Origin: an uncultured Candidatus Saccharibacteria bacterium
GTDB taxonomy: Bacteria > Patescibacteriota > Minisyncoccia > Phycocordibacterales > Zambryskibacteraceae
Direction of reading: 5' to 3'
Length of the DNA stretch: 64,000 bases
Assembly (NCBI GenBank): GCA_964582295.1
Contig: CAZOQP010000001.1
Span: 84,754 to 148,753, forward strand
Position numbers and translations under genes: made by a program. Under the pieces are notes generated by a model. That model was not told the DNA's origin and did no database searches. It saw only the letters and a list, made by a program, of their open reading frames with translations. Of this stretch, positions 18,909-26,848 are shown piece after piece (position 1 is the first letter of the stretch; every line of letters starts with the position of its first letter).

Positions 18909-19619
18909 TCAATCAATAGGCGACAGCAGGAAAAGTGCAGCCCCCGCTATAGAAGCCGTTTCAGCCCGGAGGACAGATGGTGAGATTGAAAGCACTTCCA
19001 CTTCCTTTATTTTTGAAACGCTCACTTCCCTCTCGGTGAAACCGCCTTCGGGTCCGATGATAAGACCGACAGGCCCTTCTCCTTTTATATGCGCACTTGA
19101 AATATCTTCTCCTGCCGGATGAAGAAGCATAAGCTTCATGCCTTTGGACTCCGCAAAAACGTTCTCAAAATCTATGGGTTCACGAACTATTGGTATCTCG
19201 GCCCGGCCCGCCTGTTCTGCCGCTTCGCGAACGATCGCAAGCGCACGTTCACGCTTGAATCCTTTTTTCTCGCTCCTATCGGAAACAAATGGCAGGAAAC
19301 GTGAAACTCCGAGCTCTGTTCCCTTTTGAAGGACCCACTCCATGTTGTCCTTTTTTATAAGAGAGAAGATGAGGGTGAGTTCCCGGCGCGGTGCTGTTCT
19401 GCTTTTAGATGCAGAGAGTATCTCGCAGGTTATGGCGTTGTATCCCGCCTCCACGATAAAAGCCATGTATTCATTGCCGGAGCCGTCAAGAAGGATGAGC
19501 TGGCCTCCCACTGTCATCCGTAAGACATTCCTTATCTGGTGCACAAGCTCAGGCTCGCGAAGAATGACCCGCTTGGCCCCGCTCATATCCTCTCCTATGA
19601 AAAAACGATTAAAGCGCAT
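18909..19619 (-). CDS. rsmE: 16S rRNA (uracil1498-N3)-methyltransferase
   Basis: RsmE family N-terminal PUA-like region and C-terminal SPOUT region. Length 236 aa. Confidence 0.75.
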   Translation of the reverse strand: MRFNRFFIGEDMSGAKRVILREPELVHQIRNVLRMTVGGQLILLDGSGNEYMAFIVEAGYNAITCEILSASKSRTAPRRELTLIFSLIKKDNMEWVLQKGTELGVSRFLPFVSDRSEKKGFKRERALAIVREAAEQAGRAEIPIVREPIDFENVFAESKGMKLMLLHPAGEDISSAHIKGEGPVGLIIGPEGGFTEREVSVSKIKEVEVLSISPSVLRAETASIAGAALFLLSPID

Positions 19620-19702
19620 GAGCCTAACTTACAACAAATAACGCATAACGAAAACACATTTGCTTTTGTACGTCATCTGTTATAAGTTTTAGGTTCAAAT
19701 AT

Positions 19703-20302
19703 ATGCTTATACCAACTGTTATAGAAAAAGCTTCCGGAGGAGAGCGCGCTTACGACATATATTCGCGTCTTTTGAAGGAGCGCATCATTTTCCTCGGGGG
19801 GCACATAAACGATGAGGTGGCCAACCTCATCGTGGCCCAGCTTCTTTACCTTGCCAATGAAGATTCCAAAAAAGATATTTCTCTTTATATAAACTCTCCC
19901 GGTGGCTCGGCTTCAGCAACACTTGCCATGATAGACACTATCAACCACATCAAGCCGGATGTTTCGACCGTTTGCGTGGGCTTTGCGGCATCAGGTGGTG
20001 CGTGGCTTCTTTCTTCAGGAGCAAAGGGAAAACGCTACGCCCTCCCAAATGCGGAGATAATGATCCACCAGCCGCTTGGAGGTGCGGAAGGCCAGGCATC
20101 AGACATTGAGATACAGGCAAGGCAGATCCTTGGGCTTAAGGAACGCCTGGCGCGCATAATGTCTAACAACACCGACCAGCCGATAGAAAAGATCCGCAAG
20201 GATATAGAGCGTGATTACTTTATGACGGCGGACGAGGCCGTGAAATACGGAGTGATAGACAAGGTCTACAACGGAAAAGCAAAAATAGATAGTTCAAAAT
20301 AA
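19703..20302 (+). CDS. clpP: ATP-dependent Clp protease proteolytic subunit
   Basis: Typical ClpP sequence ([20 protein letters not shown]..., catalytic Ser/His region). Confidence 0.9.
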   Translation: MLIPTVIEKASGGERAYDIYSRLLKERIIFLGGHINDEVANLIVAQLLYLANEDSKKDISLYINSPGGSASATLAMIDTINHIKPDVSTVCVGFAASGGAWLLSSGAKGKRYALPNAEIMIHQPLGGAEGQASDIEIQARQILGLKERLARIMSNNTDQPIEKIRKDIERDYFMTADEAVKYGVIDKVYNGKAKIDSSK

Positions 20303-20463
20303 GTAAAAATTGACTTTAGAGAATAGTTCAAGTAGTGTGAAGAAGTTACTCGTAATTGGCGCCAATTCTTTATTTCCCTCCGCAATACCGACCCTCTGAC
20401 AGAGATTTTGTCTCTTCTGAAAGTCCCTAGCCCGCCCGAAAGAAATATAGGCCGTTAAACAAT

Positions 20464-21993
20464 ATGTCACTTAAGTTAGTGCTTCTCGCGGTCGCTTTGT
20501 CGGCCACAGCGGGAATCGCTTTCGGTTACTTCCTGCGCTGGGTAATTTCTCTAGGCCGCCGCGGCTCAATGGAATTCGACATCAAGCAGATGATGCTTGA
20601 GGCCAAGGAGGAATCCACAAAGATAGTATCCGAAGCGGAAAACAAAGCTGCCGAACTTTTGGAAGAAAGCAGGCAGACAGTAAAAGAAAAAGAAGAAAAG
20701 GCCCTCAAAACAGAGGACCGTCTTTTGAAGCGCGAAGAATTCCTGGACAAGCGTCAGCTTGATCTTGATTCGGAAGCAGGAACGCTTGATGAAAAAATAA
20801 CCGACGCGGAAAAGCTTAAGGAAGAAGCAGAAACCCTTCTTCTTGAAAGGCAGGCGCGGCTTGAAAAGGTCTCGGGGCTCAATCGTGAAGAAGCAAGGAG
20901 CGAGGTCCTGAAGCTCGTGGAAAAACAAGCCGAAGAAGATATAAACTCACGCATGCAGAAGCTTGAGCGCGAAGGTGTTGAAAAACTGGAATACAGGGCG
21001 CGCGACATTCTAGCTTCAAGCATTCAGCGCTTGGCAACCTCCGTGCCCGCCGAACTCCTGACGACCAACGTCCCCATTCCATCCGAGGAAGTGAAAGGTA
21101 AGATCATCGGCAAGGAAGGACGCAACATCAAAACCTTTGAACGTCTCACGGGAGTTGAGGTCATTATTGATGACACCCCGGGCTCTATTACACTCTCCTC
21201 TTTTGATCCGGTACGCAGGCAAATAGCTCGTGTAGCTTTGGAGGAGCTCATAGAGGACGGGCGCATTCAGCCGGCGCGCATTGAAGAAATGATCGCCAAA
21301 GCGGAAGAAGAGATACAGAAGATAATAAAAGAGAAGGGCGACGAAGCCTGCTACGAATGCGGAATACTCAATCTTGATCCACGTGTAGTTTCAATTCTGG
21401 GGCGTCTTCATTTTCGCACCAGCTACGGGCAGAACGTGCTTCAGCATTCCATAGAAATGTCCCACATCGCCCGCATGCTTGCGGAGGAATTAGGAGCAGA
21501 TGCGGCTGTTGCAAAAACCGCAGCTCTTCTTCATGACATAGGCAAAGCCCTGGACCATGAAGTGCCCGGTACCCACGTGGAGATAGGCCGCAGGATATTG
21601 CAAAAATTCGGCGTATCAGAGCCGGTAATAAAGGCCATGCAGGCCCACCACGGAGAATACCCATTTGAAACAGTTGAATCTATTATCGTTGAAGTGGCAG
21701 ACCATATTTCCGGAGGCCGCCCGGGAGCACGCCGCGATACGGTTGAAAACTATGTGAGGCGCCTGAAGGAACTTGAGGCCATTGCTCAGGAATTCCCGGG
21801 AGTTGAGAAATCCTACGCACTACAGGCAGGGCGCGAGATAAGGGTTTTCGTCTCCCCTACTGATGTTTCAGACATTGATGCCAAGCAGTTGGCCAGAAAC
21901 ATCGCCCTGAAAATAGAGCAATCCCTTAAATACCCGGGTGAAATAAAAATAACCGTCATCCGCGAAACGAAAGTAACGGAATACGCAAGATAA
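20464..21993 (+). CDS. rny: ribonuclease Y
   Basis: N-terminal TM, coiled coil, KH domain (IIGKEGRNIKTFERLTGVEVIIDD) and HD domain (LLHDIGKA). Confidence 0.9.
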   Translation: MSLKLVLLAVALSATAGIAFGYFLRWVISLGRRGSMEFDIKQMMLEAKEESTKIVSEAENKAAELLEESRQTVKEKEEKALKTEDRLLKREEFLDKRQLDLDSEAGTLDEKITDAEKLKEEAETLLLERQARLEKVSGLNREEARSEVLKLVEKQAEEDINSRMQKLEREGVEKLEYRARDILASSIQRLATSVPAELLTTNVPIPSEEVKGKIIGKEGRNIKTFERLTGVEVIIDDTPGSITLSSFDPVRRQIARVALEELIEDGRIQPARIEEMIAKAEEEIQKIIKEKGDEACYECGILNLDPRVVSILGRLHFRTSYGQNVLQHSIEMSHIARMLAEELGADAAVAKTAALLHDIGKALDHEVPGTHVEIGRRILQKFGVSEPVIKAMQAHHGEYPFETVESIIVEVADHISGGRPGARRDTVENYVRRLKELEAIAQEFPGVEKSYALQAGREIRVFVSPTDVSDIDAKQLARNIALKIEQSLKYPGEIKITVIRETKVTEYAR

Positions 21994-22149
21994 TAGGAAA
22001 TAGTATGCCGGTTTGGTCAATGTTCACAGCAAAAAGACGGCTGTCTTGCGCGCTTCTTTAGGAAAAGTACAATAAGACCATCCTAGATCCTCCCTTTTGG
22101 CGGAGACGGGAAAGCGGGTCGACTTAAAAGGATAATAAGTTGCCACAAA

Positions 22150-22422
22150 ATGAACAAAGCTACTATTGTTGAACAGGTTTACGCAAAGATCGGCGGAACG
22201 AAAGTTGCAGCCGAACAGGCAGTTGAAACAGTCATTGACTGCATCGTTAACACTTTGAAAAAGGGCGGCGAAGTGTCCATGGCGGGCCTCGGTATCTTCT
22301 CCACGAAGACCAGAGCCGCAAGGCAGGCACGCAATCCGCGCACAGGCGCCACGATTTCAGTTCCGGCTATGCGCGTGCCCAAGTTCAGAGCGGCCAAAGC
22401 CCTCAAGGACGCGGTCAGATAA
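22150..22422 (+). CDS. hup: DNA-binding protein HU
   Basis: 90 aa HU/IHF fold with a conserved arm (RNPRTGATISVPAMRVPKFRAAKALKD). Confidence 0.9.
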   Translation: MNKATIVEQVYAKIGGTKVAAEQAVETVIDCIVNTLKKGGEVSMAGLGIFSTKTRAARQARNPRTGATISVPAMRVPKFRAAKALKDAVR

Positions 22423-22442
22423 TCGCTCCCGCTTTCCAAAAG

Positions 22443-22475
22443 AAAAACCCGCCAACATCTGGTGGGTTTTTCTTT
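22443..22475 (+). terminator. rho-independent terminator after hup
   Basis: AAAAACCCGCCA-ACATC-TGGTGGGTTTTT hairpin followed by a T-tract. Confidence 0.6.
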
Positions 22476-22481
22476 TATCTG

Positions 22482-22552
22482 TGCGGGACGGGAGAATCGG
22501 ACTCCCACCTACAGTTTGGAAAACTGTCGTTCTACCACTAAACTAGTCCCGC
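22482..22552 (-). tRNA. tRNA-Gly (anticodon TCC)
   Basis: GCGGGAC acceptor stem, anticodon loop TTTCCAA, T-arm GGGAGTCCGATTCTCCC. Confidence 0.85.
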
Positions 22553-22574
22553 TTTATGAGCTTTTGAATTATAA

Positions 22575-22862
22575 CTACTCTGCCAATTTCTGCACCTCTT
22601 CAAAATTATCTTCCGGCCGTATGGCCGCATTTCGTTTGAAGCCGCATGAGATGCATTTGTGAATGATCGCAATAGCCACTCCCCCTTTCGTTTCCACCCC
22701 CACCGGTTTCATCATCCCTTCACATAGCTCTGCCCTGTCTCCGGGGTCAACATCCACATGCTTAGACCAGAGGCATTTCGGACAATGGTTGGTATACCCA
22801 TTCCCCTTCACCTCATTCCCGCAATTTTCGCAAATAAAATTTTCTTTGGTCCTTAAAAACAC
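22575..22862 (-). CDS. RNHCP-domain zinc-ribbon protein
   Basis: ORF 22575..22907 contains CENCG...YTNHCPKCLWSKH...CISCG. The track's TTG start lies inside tRNA-Gly(GCC), so the true start is probably the GTG at about 22862. Confidence 0.45.
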   Translation of the reverse strand: MFLRTKENFICENCGNEVKGNGYTNHCPKCLWSKHVDVDPGDRAELCEGMMKPVGVETKGGVAIAIIHKCISCGFKRNAAIRPEDNFEEVQKLAE

Positions 22863-22867
22863 TTTGT

Positions 22868-22938
22868 GCGGCCAGGGAGAATCGGACTCCCATCTCGTCC
22901 TTGGCAAGGACGCGTTCTACCACTAAACCATGGCCGCG
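22868..22938 (-). tRNA. tRNA-Gly (anticodon GCC)
   Basis: GCGGCCA acceptor stem, anticodon loop TTGCCAA, T-arm GGGAGTCCGATTCTCCC. Confidence 0.85.
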
Positions 22939-22987
22939 CATTAAGAACTCTAGCAAAAAAGCACTCCCCTCTCAATTATCAATTATG

Positions 22988-23058
22988 TCGGGCTGCTGGG
23001 AATCGAACCCAGTTCTTGCGAACCCGAATCGCATATACTACCGGTGTACTACAGCCCG
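22988..23058 (-). tRNA. tRNA-Pro (anticodon CGG)
   Basis: CGGGCTG acceptor stem, anticodon stem-loop TGCGA-TTCGGGT-TCGCA, T-arm CTGGGTTCGATTCCCAG. Confidence 0.8.
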
Positions 23059-23144
23059 TCTGTAGAACCTTCAGAATATATCACACAGGCCTTAAATAAA
23101 CATAAATTGAGAGTTTATCGGCTGTAACGTATGATGGCTCACAC

Positions 23145-23216
23145 GCACCCGTGGTGAAATGGATATCACAACGGTCTTCGGAACCGTTGTTGTGGGTTCG
23201 AATCCTGCCGGGTGCA
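23145..23216 (+). tRNA. tRNA-Arg (anticodon TCG)
   Basis: GCACCCG acceptor stem, anticodon stem-loop ACGGT-CTTCGGA-ACCGT, GGGTTCGAATCC T-loop region. Confidence 0.75.
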
Positions 23217-23237
23217 CACGCGAGAAAAACGCACTAG

Positions 23238-23308
23238 CGGGATGTAGTATAGCGGCAGTATTTACCCATGGGGTGGGTAAGGCCCGGGTTCAATTCCCGG
23301 CATCCCGA
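23238..23308 (+). tRNA. tRNA-Pro (anticodon GGG)
   Basis: CGGGATG acceptor stem, anticodon stem-loop TACCC-ATGGGGT-GGGTA, T-arm CCGGGTTCAATTCCCGG. Confidence 0.8.
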
Positions 23309-23358
23309 AATATCTAATTCCGTGCGCTCATGCCAAAACTTTGGCACTATGTAGGCAG

Positions 23359-23429
23359 CGGGACGTAGTATAGTGGCAGTATATATGCTTTGGGAGCATA
23401 GGGTCCGAGTTCGATTCTCGGCGTCCCGA
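23359..23429 (+). tRNA. tRNA-Pro (anticodon TGG)
   Basis: CGGGACG acceptor stem, anticodon stem-loop TATGC-TTTGGGA-GCATA, T-arm CCGAGTTCGATTCTCGG. Confidence 0.8.
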
Positions 23430-23660
23430 AATCAGAAAACAGAATGTGTCCGATTGGTGTCCTAAAGAAAAATGAACCTTTTCACTCCCCTTCCGGAAAA
23501 ACGGCTCTACAGCAAAGAAATTCCACAATATATTCTTTATTTGGGAATGGAATCTGTGGATAAACTTGGGGACATGTGTATTAGAAAGCTTGACTGTCCT
23601 ATAGCTTTATTGCAAAAAGTGGCTGTGGTTAGCCATTTTTGCTTTTGGGTCTCTCACATA

Positions 23661-23676
23661 TGTTTCACGTGAAACA
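23661..23676. promoter_or_regulatory. parS site 1 (TGTTTCACGTGAAACA, perfect, inside a 24-bp palindrome)
   Basis: 16/16 match to the ParB-binding parS consensus TGTTNCACGTGAAACA. Intergenic, upstream of the yraN-like gene. Confidence 0.7.
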
Positions 23677-23722
23677 TATGAGTAATGGTCATTACTAGCT
23701 ATGTAGACGCTCTACTCAACCA

Positions 23723-24106
23723 ATGCTTACACCTAAGAAAATCATAGGTAATAAGGGGGAGGAGCTCGTGGCAAAGTTTCTCGTGAAACAAGGATTCAAG
23801 ATTATGGAGAGAAACTACTTGAGACCATGGGGTGAGATAGATATTGTGGCTAAAAATAAGGGGATTGTGCACTTTATAGAGGTCAAAGCGCAGGAGGTTT
23901 CACATGAAACAGCCGGCCGTAAAGGCTGCTACAGGCCTGAAGATCATATGCACCCATGGAAAGTAAAGAGGTTTAAAAGGATCATAGAAACATGGATTAT
24001 GGACAAGGACTATGAAGGGGAATGGCAGTTAGCCGTAGCCATCGCCTACGTTTCTGAAGATCCAACTCTGCAGTCGATAGAAATGTTCTGGGATGTTGTA
24101 TTCTAG
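23723..24106 (+). CDS. yraN: YraN-family (UPF0102) endonuclease-like protein
   Basis: GNKGEELVAKFLVKQGFKIMERNYLRPWGEIDIVAKNKGIVHFIEVK matches the YraN family pattern. Confidence 0.65.
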   Translation: MLTPKKIIGNKGEELVAKFLVKQGFKIMERNYLRPWGEIDIVAKNKGIVHFIEVKAQEVSHETAGRKGCYRPEDHMHPWKVKRFKRIIETWIMDKDYEGEWQLAVAIAYVSEDPTLQSIEMFWDVVF

Positions 24107-24116
24107 CTAGAGAAAT

Positions 24117-25586
24117 ATGGCAACTTTTCCAATACCCGAACCTGTTTCACGTGTAACAAAAACCCTTACGGATAAGGGTTTTGAGGCATACCTTGTAGGC
24201 GGATGTGTGCGCGATTTATTCCGCGGAGAAACCCCAAAAGACTGGGACGTGGCCACCAATGCAGTGCCTGAAGAGATAGTTGCCATTTTCCCTAAGACTT
24301 TTTATGAAAATTCCTTTGGCACTGTAAGCGTAGTTCAGGAGGATGTAGTAGATGAGCGCCTGAAGGTGATAGAAGTCACCCCTTACCGCACTGAAGGGCC
24401 CTACACAGACAAAAGGCGGCCAGACACCGTATCTTTTGCAAAGCATTTAGAAGATGACCTGTCCCGAAGGGATTTCACTATAAACGCTTTAGCATATTCA
24501 GTGGAGAAAGATGAGCTTATAGACCTCTTTGAAGGGCGAAAAGACCTTATTTCAGGCCATATAAGGGCAGTGGGGAATGCAAAGGAACGCTTCAATGAAG
24601 ACGCCTTGAGAATACTCAGAGGAATACGTCTTCATGCAGAACTTGGGTTTGGTATAGATCCAGAAACCCTCACTGCAATGGGAGAAACTTCAGAACTTTT
24701 GTCTTTTATAGCTAAGGAGCGCATAAAGGACGAATTTAGCCGCATCATCAATTCTCCCAATCCGTCTTTGGGATTAATTTTGTCCGATAGGGTAGGGGCC
24801 CTGACATATATCATTCCAGAGCTTTTGGAAGCCAAAGATATAGCCCAGAACCAGGCACATTCCTTTGATGTTTTCACTCATCTTATGAAATCTTTGGATC
24901 ATGCCGCCCATAAGAAGTATGAGTTTCACGTGAGACTTTCTGCCCTCCTTCACGATATAGGCAAGCCGGCTTCCCGTAGGTGGAGTGATGAGAAAGGGGA
25001 CTGGACTTTCTATGGCCACGAGGTGGTAGGGGCAAGAATGGCTAAAAATATACTTGAAAGACTGAAGTTTTCACGTGAAACAATCACAAAAGTTGTTACC
25101 TTGGTGCGCTGGCATATGTTTTTCTCTGATACGGAGCAGATAACCCTTTCGGCCGTCAGGAGGCTTGTATCTAACGTTGGCAAGGATTTGGTGTGGGACC
25201 TCATTGCAGTGCGCCAGTGCGACAGAATAGGCACAGGGAGGCCCAAGGAAAGCCCTTATCGCCTGCGCAAGTTCCAGTCAATGATAGAGGAAGTGATGAG
25301 AGACCCTGTTTCCGTAGGTATGCTTGCAGTGGATGGAAAAGACCTTATGGAAACGTTTGAGGAGAAGCCGGGCCCTCGCATCGGCTTTATACTTCACGCC
25401 CTTTTGAATGATGTTCTGGACGACCCTTCTAAAAATACAAAGGAAACCCTTATTAAACAGGCAGAAAAATATCACACCCTTGATGATGAGACCCTGAAAA
25501 AACTAGGGGATGAGGGGAAGATGGCTAAAAGCAAGGAGGAGATGGAGGAATTGGCAAAAATACGTTCTAAATACAAGGTTTCTTAA
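24117..25586 (+). CDS. cca: CCA-adding tRNA nucleotidyltransferase / poly(A) polymerase family with HD domain
   Basis: YLVGGCVRDLFRGETPKDWDVATNA nucleotidyltransferase head, followed by an HD region. Confidence 0.85.
   Translation: MATFPIPEPVSRVTKTLTDKGFEAYLVGGCVRDLFRGETPKDWDVATNAVPEEIVAIFPKTFYENSFGTVSVVQEDVVDERLKVIEVTPYRTEGPYTDKRRPDTVSFAKHLEDDLSRRDFTINALAYSVEKDELIDLFEGRKDLISGHIRAVGNAKERFNEDALRILRGIRLHAELGFGIDPETLTAMGETSELLSFIAKERIKDEFSRIINSPNPSLGLILSDRVGALTYIIPELLEAKDIAQNQAHSFDVFTHLMKSLDHAAHKKYEFHVRLSALLHDIGKPASRRWSDEKGDWTFYGHEVVGARMAKNILERLKFSRETITKVVTLVRWHMFFSDTEQITLSAVRRLVSNVGKDLVWDLIAVRQCDRIGTGRPKESPYRLRKFQSMIEEVMRDPVSVGMLAVDGKDLMETFEEKPGPRIGFILHALLNDVLDDPSKNTKETLIKQAEKYHTLDDETLKKLGDEGKMAKSKEEMEELAKIRSKYKVS
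24143..24158. promoter_or_regulatory. parS site 2 (TGTTTCACGTGTAACA, 15/16)
   Basis: Located inside the cca coding sequence. Confidence 0.55.
24922..24937. promoter_or_regulatory. parS-like site 3 (AGTTTCACGTGAGACT, 13/16)
   Basis: Located inside the cca coding sequence. Confidence 0.4.
25067..25082. promoter_or_regulatory. parS site 4 (GTTTTCACGTGAAACA, 14/16)
   Basis: Located inside the cca coding sequence. Confidence 0.5.
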
Positions 25587-25614
25587 AATCCCAGGATAAA
25601 CCTGGGATTTTGGG
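25586..25614 (+). terminator. rho-independent terminator after cca
   Basis: AAAATCCCAGG-ATAAA-CCTGGGATTTT hairpin. Confidence 0.6.
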
Positions 25615-25978
25615 ATTGGATGGGAGATTAAGTTTCACATTGTTTCTACCGTTTCACACTAAACATACATAAACAAAACACCCGCCGCAGTTGCGACAGG
25701 TGTGGTGGAAGGGCGATCGAGATAGGTGCAGGTGCACTCTCTGCGACCCAAAAATTTTAGATGTTTGACGGTGCTGTGAGTTTAAGCGCCCGACATATCA
25801 AGATCGTCTTCCGGCGCGATCGGGCCATAAGGATCTACTGCGTTGGCGATCCTTGAGGGATTGGGTCTCAATTTCTGCCAAGCTTCTAGCCAACATGATA
25901 TACCTAAAGGACAAAATGTCTATGTGGATAACTCAAGGATAAAAGACATTTTGTCCTTTAAATCTAAAAGACGGGCGA

Positions 25979-26755
25979 CTATATTTTTACCTCAAGCTCT
26001 ATAGGACAGTGATCTGAACCGTATATGTTGCTCCACATAAAGCTGTTCTTCACTTTAGGCATTAGCTCTTTAGTAACCACAAAGTAGTCTATTCTCCAGC
26101 CAACATTGCGGTCTCTGGAAAAGCTTTTTTGGTCCCAGTATGTATAAGCCTGCTTTTCATCCGGATGAAGGTGGCGAAAAGTGTCTATGTATCCATGGGA
26201 AAGGAATTTACTCATCCAGGCACGCTCAATAGGGAGAAATCCCACGTGATTGGCATTCTCCTTGGGGCGAGCGATGTCTATTTCGGTATGGGCCACGTTC
26301 ACGTCGCCGCAAACTATGATGTTCTTGTGCTTTTTCCGGAGTTTTTCAGTGAATTTCAAAAATGCTTCGTAAAATTCCAGTTTGTATTTGAGGCGCTCCG
26401 CTGGGCCGCCTCCATTCGGGAAGTAGGTATTTATAAGTACGAAATCCTCATAAATGGCAGTGAGCATCCGACCTTCTTTGTCTAATTTTTCAATACCCAA
26501 GCCGTAAATTACTTCTTTGGGTCTTTCTTTGCTGTATATAGCTACTCCGCTATAGCCCTTTTTCTCTTTAGGCCAGTCAAAAAAAGTGAAGTAACCCTCG
26601 GGCGATGCAAGTTCCGGTGGTATCTGATCAACGCTCGCCTTGGTTTCCTGGAGGCAAATGATGTCCGGAGATTGTTTGAAGAACCACGCGAAGTCGTCGT
26701 TTTTGTGGCTTGCACGTATACCATTCACATTCCAGGAGATGATGCGCATAGGCAT
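25979..26755 (-). CDS. xthA: exodeoxyribonuclease III
   Basis: MRIISWNVNGIRA N-terminus and the ExoIII/EEP family signature. Confidence 0.9.
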   Translation of the reverse strand: MPMRIISWNVNGIRASHKNDDFAWFFKQSPDIICLQETKASVDQIPPELASPEGYFTFFDWPKEKKGYSGVAIYSKERPKEVIYGLGIEKLDKEGRMLTAIYEDFVLINTYFPNGGGPAERLKYKLEFYEAFLKFTEKLRKKHKNIIVCGDVNVAHTEIDIARPKENANHVGFLPIERAWMSKFLSHGYIDTFRHLHPDEKQAYTYWDQKSFSRDRNVGWRIDYFVVTKELMPKVKNSFMWSNIYGSDHCPIELEVKI

Positions 26756-26848
26756 AACTTACCGAAATAACTAACAACTAACAACCTGTAATACAAAACA
26801 ACAGGGGCCGGGCCTCTGTTGTTTTGTTAAAAACGAAAGTTGTCGTGA

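Noticed and set aside
22863-22907. The N-terminal 15 codons of ORF 22575..22907 (TTG start).
   Set aside because: They overlap tRNA-Gly(GCC) on the same strand. This is probably a track artefact, and the CDS more likely starts at the internal GTG.
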